Shown here: one piece after another, positions 1-9,661 of the stretch
Numbering within the stretch: the stretch's first letter is position 1
How the letters are laid out: the number at the start of each line of letters is the position of its first letter
Assembly (NCBI GenBank): GCA_965261975.1
Contig: CBDHEC010000022.1
Coordinates: 32,801 to 96,800, forward strand
Direction: 5' to 3'
Source of the DNA: Alphaproteobacteria bacterium
GTDB taxonomy: Bacteria; Pseudomonadota; Alphaproteobacteria; UBA6615
DNA length: 64,000 nt
Program-made: the position numbers and the translations under genes
Notes under the pieces: generated by a model
What the model was told of the DNA's origin: nothing
Database searches by the model: none
What the model saw: the letters and a program-made list of their open reading frames with translations, nothing else

Positions 1-131
1 ATGTCCCGGACGTCGAGCTGCCATGTCCCGCGGTCCAGAGCCTTGCCCGCCAGCGACTGGCCCAGCGACCCCGGAAACATCTCCGGGAACAGGGTCAACA
101 CCGTGGCCGTCCAGGCGGCTGCCTCAGCCAT
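1..131 (-). CDS. trmD: tRNA (guanine-N1)-methyltransferase TrmD, 5' part (runs off window start)
   Basis: Manual translation from ATG at 131: [44 protein letters not shown], a typical TrmD N-terminus. Overlaps the rimM stop; canonical rpsP-rimM-trmD order. Confidence 0.93.
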   Translation of the reverse strand, partial: MAEAAAWTATVLTLFPEMFPGSLGQSLAGKALDRGTWQLDVRD

Positions 132-702
132 CGGCGTCTCCCGTTTCCGAGGGGTCCCGGCCCGGCCACAGCACCGCGGCGCCATCGACCGTCACCCGAC
201 GCGCCGCCAGATCGATGTCGGGGACCGCCGCACGGGTGAACGAAACCGTCCCGAGACGTCCGCCGGAGCCCGATATCTCAAGCATTTCGCCGCCGCCGAA
301 ATCATTCAGCGCATGGACAGTCCCGAGCGCCGTGCCGTCGGTCGTGACCACGTTCAGCCCCAGAAGATCGGCGTGATAAAACTCATCTTCGTCGGTCGAC
401 GGCAGGCGGTCGCGGGCCACATAAAGCTGGACACCCTTGAGCGCTTGGGCCGCATCCCGGTCGTCGACACCCTCGATCTTGACCAGGACCAGGCCTTTGC
501 CCGTGCGATTGCGCACCTCGAGGGTGAAGCTGCGGGCGCCGTCCTCGCTCTGAACGGGCCCATAGGCGGCCACATCTTCGGCAACATCGGTGAATGGACG
601 GACGCGCACGAGGCCGTGGAGCCCATGCGCGCCGGTAATCGCACCCACGCAAACACGCGCGTCGCGATCCCCATCCTGTTCTTCAACCCTGTCGACGGCC
701 AT
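124..702 (-). CDS. rimM: Ribosome maturation factor RimM
   Basis: [31 protein letters not shown] and [10 protein letters not shown] motifs. Start moved from 765 to ATG 702. Confidence 0.93.
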   Translation of the reverse strand: MAVDRVEEQDGDRDARVCVGAITGAHGLHGLVRVRPFTDVAEDVAAYGPVQSEDGARSFTLEVRNRTGKGLVLVKIEGVDDRDAAQALKGVQLYVARDRLPSTDEDEFYHADLLGLNVVTTDGTALGTVHALNDFGGGEMLEISGSGGRLGTVSFTRAAVPDIDLAARRVTVDGAAVLWPGRDPSETGDADG

Positions 703-770
703 CTCCGGCGCCTTCCCAAAGCCCGCAATAGCTTCCACGACGGCGGGCAATTGGAGCTCGTCCAAACGGG

Positions 771-1328
771 TTAGGACTTGCTCTCTTCTTCCTCGGCAGC
801 AGCCTCCTCGCTCGCCGCTTCTTCGGCGGGAGCTTCTTCGGCGGCGGCCTCTTCAGCAGGTGCCTCCTCGGCGGCTGCCTCCTCTGCAGGGGCCTCCTCG
901 GCGGCGGCTTCCTCTGCGGGTGCTTCCTCTGCGGGTGCTTCTTCCTCCGCCGGTGCCGCTGCCGCTTCCTCGGCAGCTGCCGCCGCGGCTTCCGCCGCCT
1001 CGGCTTCGGCCGCCGCACGTTCCTGCGCCTTCGCCTTGGGCAGATGCTGCTTGGTCTGATCGCGACGCGCCGGCAGTTCAACGAGGTCCGCACCGGCGAA
1101 GAATTTCGCCACGCGGTCCGACGGCTTTGCGCCGACGCTCAGCCAATGCTTGGCCCGGTCGATGTCGATCCCGACGCGGTTGGGGTCGTCCTTGGGCAGC
1201 ATCGGGTTGTAGTGCCCGATGCGCTCGATGAATCGGCCGTCGCGCGCGCGACGCGAGTCCGCAACCACGATGCGATAGTAAGGCCGCTTTTTGGCGCCGC
1301 CTCGGGCCAGTCGAATACGAAGAGACAT
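771..1328 (-). CDS. rpsP: 30S ribosomal protein S16 with long acidic Ala/Glu/Pro C-terminal tail
   Basis: [26 protein letters not shown]...[13 protein letters not shown]. Confidence 0.97.
   Translation of the reverse strand: MSLRIRLARGGAKKRPYYRIVVADSRRARDGRFIERIGHYNPMLPKDDPNRVGIDIDRAKHWLSVGAKPSDRVAKFFAGADLVELPARRDQTKQHLPKAKAQERAAAEAEAAEAAAAAAEEAAAAPAEEEAPAEEAPAEEAAAEEAPAEEAAAEEAPAEEAAAEEAPAEEAASEEAAAEEEESKS
780..1015 (-). repeat. Imperfect in-frame 15-bp tandem repeats encoding [10 protein letters not shown] in the S16 tail
   Basis: Repeated [10 protein letters not shown] units in the translation. Confidence 0.8.
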
Positions 1329-1386
1329 GATGTGTCGTTCCTTATGTTTACGTATCTAGTTCAGTGTTGGTTCGATTAATCGGTAT

Positions 1387-1776
1387 TCAGTGTTCGGTTC
1401 GGCAAACGGCCTCGACCTTGTGACCATCCGGGTCCAGGACGAACGCGCCGTAGTAATTCTCGCTGTATTCCGGGCGCAGTCCCGGTGCGCCATTGTCGCG
1501 CGCCCCCGCTGAAAGCGCGGCGGCATGAAAGCCGTCGACGGCCGCCCGGTCGGGGGCCGCGAACGCAACATGGGTACCCCGCGACGCCGACGCGTCGGCC
1601 TTCGGACAAACGATCCAGAACATCATCCCCTCGCGACCCGGGCCGGGCCCGTAGGCCATCCTGATGCCCTTCTCCAGGACACGCCGATAGCCGAGCGGTT
1701 CGAGCGCGGCGTCATAGAACGCCCCGCTGACAGCCAGGTCCCGCACCCCCAGGGAGATATGATCGAGCATCGCCAT
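1387..1776 (-). CDS. VOC/glyoxalase family protein
   Basis: LDHISLGVRDL...HVAFAA...DNGAPGLRPEY...YYGAFVLDPDGHKVEAV. Confidence 0.88.
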   Translation of the reverse strand: MAMLDHISLGVRDLAVSGAFYDAALEPLGYRRVLEKGIRMAYGPGPGREGMMFWIVCPKADASASRGTHVAFAAPDRAAVDGFHAAALSAGARDNGAPGLRPEYSENYYGAFVLDPDGHKVEAVCRTEH

Positions 1777-2159
1777 CAGTCGCGCGGTGCGTGGACGGCT
1801 TCGATCTTGTGTCCGTCCAGATCCAGGACGAAGGCGCCGTAATAATTGTCGCGGTACTCGGGGCGAATGCCCGGCGGACCGTCATCCGTTGCGCCCGCGG
1901 CGATCGCCGTTTCGTAGAAGACATCGACCTCGGCCTGCGATGCGGCACCGAAAGCGACGTGCCGCCCGTCGTCATGGATCACGGTCAGCGGATCGCGCAG
2001 GTTGATCCAGAAGGCCGGCCCCCCGCCCTTCGGCCACCAGGACGTGGTGCCGGGCTTTTCAAGAAACCGTTCGTGGCCCAGCGTACCGAGCACGGCGTCA
2101 TAGAATTTCGCCGCGCGTTCGAGATCGGATACGCCGATCGATATGTGATGAAACACCAT
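1776..2159 (-). CDS. VOC/glyoxalase family protein (paralog of adjacent gene)
   Basis: MVFHHISIGVSDL...HVAFGA...DDGPPGIRPEY...YYGAFVLDLDGHKIEAV. ATG at 2159 follows a GGAGG RBS. Confidence 0.88.
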   Translation of the reverse strand: MVFHHISIGVSDLERAAKFYDAVLGTLGHERFLEKPGTTSWWPKGGGPAFWINLRDPLTVIHDDGRHVAFGAASQAEVDVFYETAIAAGATDDGPPGIRPEYRDNYYGAFVLDLDGHKIEAVHAPRD

Positions 2160-2169
2160 CGCAGGCCTC

Positions 2170-3561
2170 CTATCGTCCCATACCCGGGGGCAACATGCCG
2201 GGCGGCAAACCGCCACCGGCGCCGGGCATTCCGCCGCCGCCCATGGGCGGCATCTTCCCGCCCATCTTCTTCATCTTCTTCATCATCGTGTGCATCTGCT
2301 GATACTGCTTCAGCAGCTTGTTGATCTCCTGAACGGTCGTGCCCGAGCCCGCCGCGATCCGTTTCTTGCGCGATGCCTTGACCATCGCGGGGCGCTGGCG
2401 TTCCTGGACGGTCATCGACAGGATGATCGCTTCCTGGCGCTTGATCAGGTCGTCGTCCATATCGGCCGCGGCCATCTGTTTCTTGACCTTGCCGATACCC
2501 GGCAGCATCGACATCACGCCGCCGAGACCGCCCATCTTTTTCAGCTGACGAAGCTGATCGAGCAGATCCTCAAGATCGAACTCACCCTTCTGGATCCGGC
2601 GCGCAATCTTCTCCGCCTTTTCCTCTTCGACGAGTTCCGTGGCCCGCTCGACGAGACCGACCACGTCGCCCATGTCGAGAATGCGGCCCGCGACACGCTC
2701 CGGATGGAACGGCTCGATCTCCTCCATCTTCTCGCCGGTACCGATCAGCTTGATCGGCTGGCCGGTGACGGCGCGCATCGACAACGCCGCACCACCGCGC
2801 GCATCGCCATCCATCCGGGTCAGGACGATCCCCGAGATACCGACACGCTCATTGAAGGCCTGGGCCGTGTTCACCGCGTCCTGGCCGGTCATCGCGTCGG
2901 CCACGAGCAGGGTTTCATGGGGCTTGGCGGCGTCGCGAATGGCGGTCGCCTCGGCCATCAGGCCGTCATCGATCGCCAGGCGACCGGCGGTATCGAGCAG
3001 GACCACGTCATAGCCTTCGCGCCGCGCCTGATCCATGGCGCGCTTGGCGATCGGCACCGGCATTTCACCGGGGCGAATGTCAACGGTCGGGATCAATGCC
3101 TGATCACCCAGCACACGCAATTGTTCCTGTGCGGCGGGCCGGCGCACATCGAGCGACGCCATCAGGACGCGCTTCTTCTGTTTCTCGACGAGATGGTGAC
3201 CGATCTTGGCCGTTGTCGTCGTTTTACCGGAGCCCTGCAGGCCGACCACCAGAATGGCGACGGGTGCGGGCGCATTCAGATCGATTTCGACCGCGTCGCC
3301 GCCGAGCATCTCGATCAGCTGATCATGGACGATCTTGACGACCGTCTGTCCGGGCGTGACGCTTTTCACGACTTCCTGGCCGACGGCGCGTTCCTGCACC
3401 GCGGCGATGAAGTCGCGCACGATCGGCAGGGCCACATCCGCCTCGAGCAGGGCGACACGCACCTCGCGCATCGCCGCAGTGACGTCCTCCTCCGAAAGCG
3501 CGCCGCGCCGCTTCAGATTGTCAAAGACATCACCCAGGCGTTCAGTCAGTGATTCAAACAA
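2170..3561 (-). CDS. ffh: Signal recognition particle protein Ffh
   Basis: GLQGSGKTTT, DTAGRL, DGDARGGAALS and Met-rich M domain; TTG start. Confidence 0.97.
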   Translation of the reverse strand: MFESLTERLGDVFDNLKRRGALSEEDVTAAMREVRVALLEADVALPIVRDFIAAVQERAVGQEVVKSVTPGQTVVKIVHDQLIEMLGGDAVEIDLNAPAPVAILVVGLQGSGKTTTTAKIGHHLVEKQKKRVLMASLDVRRPAAQEQLRVLGDQALIPTVDIRPGEMPVPIAKRAMDQARREGYDVVLLDTAGRLAIDDGLMAEATAIRDAAKPHETLLVADAMTGQDAVNTAQAFNERVGISGIVLTRMDGDARGGAALSMRAVTGQPIKLIGTGEKMEEIEPFHPERVAGRILDMGDVVGLVERATELVEEEKAEKIARRIQKGEFDLEDLLDQLRQLKKMGGLGGVMSMLPGIGKVKKQMAAADMDDDLIKRQEAIILSMTVQERQRPAMVKASRKKRIAAGSGTTVQEINKLLKQYQQMHTMMKKMKKMGGKMPPMGGGGMPGAGGGLPPGMLPPGMGR

Positions 3562-3611
3562 AGGTCTTCACCTTTCTATTCGACATCCGACGATCATCCA
3601 GTCCACAACGA

Positions 3612-3680
3612 CAAACGCGCCAGTGCGCGAAACTCGCGGACTGGCGGAGCTCCGACCTTCGGCCGGAGCCGCATCTCTAT
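3612..3680 (-). ncRNA. ffh leader cis-regulatory RNA motif (alphaproteobacterial)
   Basis: Two hairpins 5' of ffh: GGCTCCGGCCGAAGGTCGGAGCT and CGCCAGTCCGCGAGTTTCGCGCACTGGCG. They resemble the known ffh upstream RNA; recognised from memory, no covariance search run. Confidence 0.6.
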
Positions 3681-4172
3681 TGATGCGGAATGGCGCGGAA
3701 CCTATGCGAACCCGGGTTTCGGGTCAAGCACCGCCAGTACAGCAAATACGTCTCTAACCTATTGCCGCCGAGCAGTTTTTGTCGTCCCGGCGCCTTCGTC
3801 GGCTCCTCGTCGGCGCGCGCGACATCACGGTATCGATGCACTCCCGAGCCCTGGAATGCCGTCCCGGGACAAAACGACCCGGCAAAACCGAATCACAATG
3901 ATACAAATTTACTAAATATCTGTAATTATTGTTTTTTTCGCCAGATGACATTTTTGTTACTATACCCTTGTATGCACATTAGAGTTGTGCGATATGCATT
4001 CCACTGAGCCTTTGCAGAGGATCAGCGGAGAGTATTTTCCACTCCATTTTGCCGACAGGACCGGTCGCCCGTCACCGGGCGGTTTTGCAGTGCGGAATAT
4101 TCGGTTATCGGGCCTAGGCATGGTTCAAGGCGACCGAAAACACCGGAATGCAGAAACAGAGGAACGAACCAA

Positions 4173-4553
4173 GTGCCACATCCCGTTGATACACATGTTG
4201 GGCGGCGCATGCGCCAGAGACGCGAAATTTGCGGGATGCCGCAGAAAGAACTCGCACGGCAATTGGGCATCAGCTTCCAGCAGGTTCAAAAATACGAAAG
4301 TGGCGCCAACCGAATCAGCGCCTCCAAACTGTGGCAGCTTTGCGCTGTCCTCGATGTATCACCAGGCTTCTTCTTCGAGGGCCTGGGCCCGCAACGCAAC
4401 CGCGCCGGATCTGCCGATCAGGCCACCGCACCCGAAGCGGATTCACGATCCGCCCGCCAGGTCCTCGACCTGAATCAGGCGTTTCAGAAAATCGAGGACA
4501 CGCGGGTCCGTCGACAATTGGTCCAGTTGGTGAAATCACTCGGCCGTTCCTGA
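4173..4553 (+). CDS. XRE-family HTH transcriptional regulator
   Basis: HPVDTHVGRRMRQRR...LGISFQQVQKYESGANRISASKL; GTG start. Confidence 0.9.
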   Translation: MPHPVDTHVGRRMRQRREICGMPQKELARQLGISFQQVQKYESGANRISASKLWQLCAVLDVSPGFFFEGLGPQRNRAGSADQATAPEADSRSARQVLDLNQAFQKIEDTRVRRQLVQLVKSLGRS

Positions 4554-4616
4554 GTCTGAACCTCTCGCACCTTTTGAGGGTGGACGCACGGCCCCCGGCG
4601 GCCCTATATCCCGCCC

Positions 4617-5468
4617 ATGGGCATGCGAGACTTCATAAAGATGCACGGGCTGGGCAATGACTTCGTCATTGTCGACGCGCGCGAACACCCGCTTCGCGTC
4701 AGCGAATCCGGCGTGCGCCTGCTGTCGGACCGTCACACCGGGATCGGCTTCGACCAGCTGATCGTAATCGACGCGCCGGCGGATGAGAGTGCCGAGGTGG
4801 ATGTTCGCATCTTCAACTTCGACGGCGGCGAGGTCTCCGCCTGCGGCAACGCCATGCGCTGTGTCGCCCGTCTTTTATTGGCCGACGACGATCGGACGCT
4901 GTCGATCCGCACGGGCGCCGGCCTGCTCGAGGCCTGGCACGACCAGGATGAACCCGCGCACTTCACCGTCGACATGGGCCCGGCCCGCGACGCCTGGCAG
5001 GACATCCCGCTGGCGAACGACTGCGATACCGACCACCTGCCGCTTTCATTGGGGCCGCTTGCCGATCCGGTGGCGGTCAATATGGGAAATCCGCACGCGG
5101 TGTTTTTTGTCGACGATGTCACCTCGATTCCAATCGAGACCTTGGGCCCCGAGCTCGAGCATGATTCACTCTTTCCCCAGCGTGCAAATATAGGTGTTGC
5201 GCAGGTGACTGGCCCCAACGCCCTGCGTTTACGGGTGTGGGAACGCGGTGTCGGCTTGACGCTTGCCTGCGGTTCGGGCGCCTGCGCGGCGGCAGTTGCC
5301 GCGCACCGACGCGGCCTCACCGACCGGCATGTGCGGATCGACGTCGATGGTGGCACGCTCGCGATCAATTGGCGTGACGACAATCACGTATTGATGACCG
5401 GGCCGGCAGAGGAGAGTTTCCGCGGGTCGGTGGATGAGAACGCATTCTCGGCGAGCGGCCATGACTGA
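4617..5468 (+). CDS. dapF: Diaminopimelate epimerase
   Basis: KMHGLGNDFV, ACGNAMRC, MGNPHAV and WERGVGLTLACGSGACA. Confidence 0.96.
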   Translation: MGMRDFIKMHGLGNDFVIVDAREHPLRVSESGVRLLSDRHTGIGFDQLIVIDAPADESAEVDVRIFNFDGGEVSACGNAMRCVARLLLADDDRTLSIRTGAGLLEAWHDQDEPAHFTVDMGPARDAWQDIPLANDCDTDHLPLSLGPLADPVAVNMGNPHAVFFVDDVTSIPIETLGPELEHDSLFPQRANIGVAQVTGPNALRLRVWERGVGLTLACGSGACAAAVAAHRRGLTDRHVRIDVDGGTLAINWRDDNHVLMTGPAEESFRGSVDENAFSASGHD

Positions 5469-6729
5469 TATGCGCACGCCCGAGATCATCACATTCGGCT
5501 GCCGGCTCAATGCCTATGAATCCGAGGTCATGCGCAAACATGCGGACGAGGCCGGGCTCACCGACACCGTGATCATCAACACCTGCGCGGTCACATCCGA
5601 AGCGGAACGCCAGGCGCGTCAGGCCATCCGCCGGGCCCGACGCCGAAACCCCGATGCGCGGATCGTCGTGACCGGCTGCGCTGCGCAGATAAACCCCGCG
5701 AACTATGCCGACATGCCAGAAGTCGATGTCGTGCTGGGGAACAGCGAGAAGCTCGACCGGACACGCTTCACGGACCTCGATCATGCGCCCGTGCAGGTGA
5801 ACGACATCATGTCGGCGCGCGAGACCGCGGCACACCTCATTGAAGGATTCGACGGTCGGGCGCGGGCCTTCATCCAGGTCCAGAATGGCTGCGATCATCG
5901 GTGCACCTTCTGCATCATTCCCTTCGGCCGCGGCAATTCCCGCAGCGTCCCGATCGGGACCATTGTCGGACAGGTGCGCACGCTGGTCGATCATGGTGTC
6001 CAGGAAGTCGTGCTGTCGGGTGTCGACATGACATCTTACGGCGCGGACCTGCCAGGGCGTCCGCGCGCCGGGCAGATGATCCGGCGCCTGCTGGCAAATG
6101 TGCCGACATTGCCGCGCCTGCGTCTCAGCTCCATCGACGTGGCCGAGATCGACGACGATCTGCTGCATCTGATCGCCGACGAGCCTCGCCTGATGCCCCA
6201 CCTGCATCTCAGCCTGCAGGCGGGTGATGACATGATCCTCAAGCGGATGAAACGACGTCACACGCGCGCCCAGGCGATCGCTTTTTGCGAGCAGGCCCGC
6301 CAGCTTCGCCCGGATATCGTTTTCGGTGCCGACCTGATCGCCGGATTCCCGACAGAGACCGACGCGATGTTCGCGCAGAGCGAAGCGCTCGTGGCCGAGT
6401 GCGGGCTGACCCATCTTCATGTCTTTCCCTATTCGCCGCGCCCCGAGACCCCGGCGGCCCGCATGCCGCAGCTCGACCGGGTGGTGATCAAGGAACGCGC
6501 CGCCGCCCTGCGCGCCGCCGGCGACAACAACCTTGCGGCGTTCCTGCGCGACGAGGTCGGGCACACACGTGCGGTGCTCCTCGAAAAGCCTGGCATGGGG
6601 CGGACCGAACAGTTTGCCGAAGTCTCCCTCGAAACCGCGGAAGACGCGCCCGGGAAAATCGTCGACACGCGTATCTCGGGCACCGACGGCACACGTCTGA
6701 CCGCCGTGACACTGCGTGACGCGGCATGA
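5461..6729 (+). CDS. mtaB: tRNA t6A37 methylthiotransferase MtaB
   Basis: TFGCRLNAYES, NTCAVT and radical SAM motif GCDHRCTFC; dapF-mtaB-ftsY synteny. Confidence 0.92.
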   Translation: MTDMRTPEIITFGCRLNAYESEVMRKHADEAGLTDTVIINTCAVTSEAERQARQAIRRARRRNPDARIVVTGCAAQINPANYADMPEVDVVLGNSEKLDRTRFTDLDHAPVQVNDIMSARETAAHLIEGFDGRARAFIQVQNGCDHRCTFCIIPFGRGNSRSVPIGTIVGQVRTLVDHGVQEVVLSGVDMTSYGADLPGRPRAGQMIRRLLANVPTLPRLRLSSIDVAEIDDDLLHLIADEPRLMPHLHLSLQAGDDMILKRMKRRHTRAQAIAFCEQARQLRPDIVFGADLIAGFPTETDAMFAQSEALVAECGLTHLHVFPYSPRPETPAARMPQLDRVVIKERAAALRAAGDNNLAAFLRDEVGHTRAVLLEKPGMGRTEQFAEVSLETAEDAPGKIVDTRISGTDGTRLTAVTLRDAA

Positions 6730-7682
6730 GTGAAGGCAGTTGGCTATCGCGGCTCCGCTCGGGCATGTCGCGGACCTCGTCGCGCCTGTCGGGCGATATC
6801 GGCGCTATTTTCACGGCACGCAGAATCGATGCCGAGACGCTCGCGGAACTCGAAGACGTCCTGATCATGGCCGATCTCGGGGTCACCACCGCCGCGACTC
6901 TCGCGGCCGAGATCGGCAACCGGAAATTTCCCGCAGATACCGACGAACGCGCCGTCCGTGAAGCACTGGCAGAAGATATCGCCCAACTCATCGAACCCGT
7001 GGCACGCCCCCTGTCGGACCTTACGGCGGCGCGCAATGGCCCCCGGGTCATCCTCGTGGCGGGCGTTAACGGCACCGGCAAGACGACCACGATTGGCAAG
7101 CTGGCCGCCCGGTTCAAGGAAGACGGTCGAACGGTCATGCTCGCGGCAGCCGACACCTTCCGCGCGGCGGCGATCGACCAGCTGAAATTATGGGGCGAAC
7201 GCGTCGGCGTGCCGGTCATCGCACAGGAACAAGGAAGCGACCCCGCATCTGTCGCTTTCGATGCGATCGAAGGTGCACGCGATGCCGGTGCAGACATACT
7301 CCTGATCGACACAGCCGGGCGCCTCCACAACAAGGCCGACCTGATGGCCGAGCTTGAGAAGATCATCCGGGTCCTCAAGAAGGTGGATCCCGACGCGCCG
7401 CATGACGTGCTGCTGGTGCTCGACGCCACCACAGGCCAGAACGCGCACGCGCAAGTCGAGACATTCAGCGGGCTGATCGACGTCAGCGGCCTCGTCGTCA
7501 CCAAGCTCGACGGGTCCGCGCGCGGCGGGGTGATCGTCGGCCTGGCAGACAAGTTCAAGTTACCCATTTATGCGATCGGCGTCGGTGAAGGGGTGGACGA
7601 TCTGCGCCCCTTCGAGGCCTCGGCATTTGCCCGCAACCTGCTCGGTCTCGACGCGGCTGTACAAACCGATACGCCCGAATGA
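6726..7682 (+). CDS. ftsY: SRP receptor FtsY
   Basis: GVNGTGKTTTIGKLA, DTFRAAA, DTAGRLHNK and TKLDGSARGG. Confidence 0.96.
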   Translation: MSEGSWLSRLRSGMSRTSSRLSGDIGAIFTARRIDAETLAELEDVLIMADLGVTTAATLAAEIGNRKFPADTDERAVREALAEDIAQLIEPVARPLSDLTAARNGPRVILVAGVNGTGKTTTIGKLAARFKEDGRTVMLAAADTFRAAAIDQLKLWGERVGVPVIAQEQGSDPASVAFDAIEGARDAGADILLIDTAGRLHNKADLMAELEKIIRVLKKVDPDAPHDVLLVLDATTGQNAHAQVETFSGLIDVSGLVVTKLDGSARGGVIVGLADKFKLPIYAIGVGEGVDDLRPFEASAFARNLLGLDAAVQTDTPE

Positions 7683-8542
7683 CGACAATTGTTGCCCTTG
7701 CCGTCGTCCTGTCAGCACTCATGCATGCCAGCTGGAATGCCCTTGTCAAAGGTGGCGATGACGGCTGGCTGACCGGCACTCTGATCTCCGGATTCGCGGC
7801 CGCCGCTGGTCTGGTCGTCGTGGTTGCGATCGCCCCGTGGCCGGCCCCGCATCACTGGCCATGGCTGATTGGATCGGGTTCGCTGCATGCCAGCTACTTC
7901 ATTCTGCTGATGTGCGCCTATACCTATGGTGATCTAGGCAAAGTCTACGGGATCGCGCGCGGTACGGCGCCGCTGGTCATCGTCGCCCTGGCCGGACCAC
8001 TGGTGGGCGATGTGCCGACCTGGCAGGAGATCGCGGCAATTCTGGTCCTGGTCACCGGCGTCGTGGCCCTCACATTCGAACCGGGAAAATTTGCAACCGC
8101 CGACTTCAAGGCCGTTGTGCTGGCTATTCTGACCGGCAGCATGATCGCGGCCTATTCGCTGTTCGACGCCATCGGAATCCGTACGATCGGCCCCGAACTC
8201 CAATACGCCTCGGTCACCTACGGGGCTTGGCTGATGATCTTTACGGCCGTGCCCGTCCTCGTCATCGCGGCCGTCATCAGACGCGGCCGGATCCTTCCCT
8301 ACATGCGCGCAAACGCGCTCAAGGGTGCAGTCGGCGGCGTTATCGGCGTGACCAGCTACATGCTCATCCTGTTCGCCTTTGCAAACGCCTCGGTTGCCAG
8401 CGTCGCGGCATTGCGCGAGACCGGCGTGGTCTTCGCCGCGCTGATCGGGACGTTCATTCTGGGTGAACGCCTCGGCAGACGCCGCATCCCCGCCGCCATC
8501 CTTGTGGCCATGGGCGCCGGCGCAATCAAGTTTGCGGCCTGA
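7679..8542 (+). CDS. EamA/DMT family transporter
   Basis: About 10 hydrophobic segments; HASWNALVK and ALRETGVVFAALIG. Confidence 0.85.
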   Translation: MTTIVALAVVLSALMHASWNALVKGGDDGWLTGTLISGFAAAAGLVVVVAIAPWPAPHHWPWLIGSGSLHASYFILLMCAYTYGDLGKVYGIARGTAPLVIVALAGPLVGDVPTWQEIAAILVLVTGVVALTFEPGKFATADFKAVVLAILTGSMIAAYSLFDAIGIRTIGPELQYASVTYGAWLMIFTAVPVLVIAAVIRRGRILPYMRANALKGAVGGVIGVTSYMLILFAFANASVASVAALRETGVVFAALIGTFILGERLGRRRIPAAILVAMGAGAIKFAA

Positions 8543-8614
8543 CGGACGCATGACCCAGCCCTGACCCAGCCCGGCCTTTCGTTCACGTCCCAACAATCGT
8601 AGGTTCAACCCGAT

Positions 8615-9268
8615 ATGCGACCCTGGATAAAATTGGCCATCGAAGCCGGACCACTTGTGGTTTTCTTCGTCGTGAACGGCCGCGATGGCTTGCCGGAATT
8701 CCGAGATCTCTGGCTCCCGTCAGGCGGCACACCGATGGCGGAACAGGGGCTGTTCGAAGCCACCGGCGCATTCATGGTCGCAACGCTGATTGCGCTCGCG
8801 ACCGGATGGGTGTTGGAACGCCGCCTGCCCGTCATGCCCCTGGTCAGCGGTATCTTCGTAGTCTTCTTCGGCGGCCTGACTCTCGTCCTCGCGGATGAGA
8901 CCTTCATCAAGCTCAAGCCGACCCTGGTCAACACGCTGTTCGCCGTGATTCTGTTCGGCGGTTTGTTGACCGGCCGATCACTCCTGAAACCCCTGTTCGG
9001 CGCAGCCGTTCAGTTGACCGACCAGGGATGGCGAAAGCTCACACTGCGCTGGGCGGTTTTCTTCGTCCTGTTGGCTGTCCTAAACGAGATTGTGTGGCGC
9101 AACTTCTCGACCGACTTCTGGGTCTCGTTCAAGCTGTTCGGAATCATGCCGCTGACGTTCGTTTTCGCTGCCGCGCAGACGCCACTCTTCCTGCGCGAGC
9201 AGATCGAGGAAACCGCCGCAACCGAACCGCCGGCCGGGAGCGACCAGCCGGCGCATCGAGAACCCTAG
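8615..9268 (+). CDS. yciB: Inner membrane protein YciB/IspZ (septation protein A)
   Basis: EAGPLVVFF, DETFIKLKPT and LNEIVWRNFSTDFWVSFKLFG. Confidence 0.9.
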   Translation: MRPWIKLAIEAGPLVVFFVVNGRDGLPEFRDLWLPSGGTPMAEQGLFEATGAFMVATLIALATGWVLERRLPVMPLVSGIFVVFFGGLTLVLADETFIKLKPTLVNTLFAVILFGGLLTGRSLLKPLFGAAVQLTDQGWRKLTLRWAVFFVLLAVLNEIVWRNFSTDFWVSFKLFGIMPLTFVFAAAQTPLFLREQIEETAATEPPAGSDQPAHREP

Positions 9269-9495
9269 ACAACCAGGTTCAGGTAGCTTCCCCGCGGCGC
9301 ATTCGGGTCGAGGGTGGCTGCGTCCTTCGGGACCTGCACGCGCGGCTCTGCCGCCGCGCTGCGTTGAGATTCCGCCGTAGACGGCGCGGTTGCAGATTGG
9401 CTGCGGGTTGTTCCGCCGGGCGGCTGCGACGGCACCGCAGGCTCTAGTTGACGGAGAATGGCCTGCAACGAAGAAGGTGTATTGGTAACGGCCAT
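9265..9495 (-). CDS. Small hypothetical protein with C-terminal PRGSYLNLVV motif
   Basis: Low-complexity 76-aa ORF convergent with yciB; start uncertain. Confidence 0.55.
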   Translation of the reverse strand: MAVTNTPSSLQAILRQLEPAVPSQPPGGTTRSQSATAPSTAESQRSAAAEPRVQVPKDAATLDPNAPRGSYLNLVV

Positions 9496-9547
9496 TGAGG
9501 GCGCACCCGATAAAATTTTAGACAATTCCAACTTATGGCCGTGCGGA

Positions 9548-9562
9548 TTAACGAAACGCTAA
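9548..9562. promoter_or_regulatory. Possible CtrA-binding site (TTAA-N7-CTAA)
   Basis: TTAACGAAACGCTAA, one mismatch from TTAA-N7-TTAA, in a divergent promoter region upstream of a DUF2336 gene. Confidence 0.35.
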
Positions 9563-9661
9563 AGCCCCGAACAAACACGTTTACCTGTTGGCAACCGGCG
9601 TGGCGCACAATGGAACGTCGCAACGACCAACCGTTGTGAGGTCGTAATCCGGGAGTCGACA

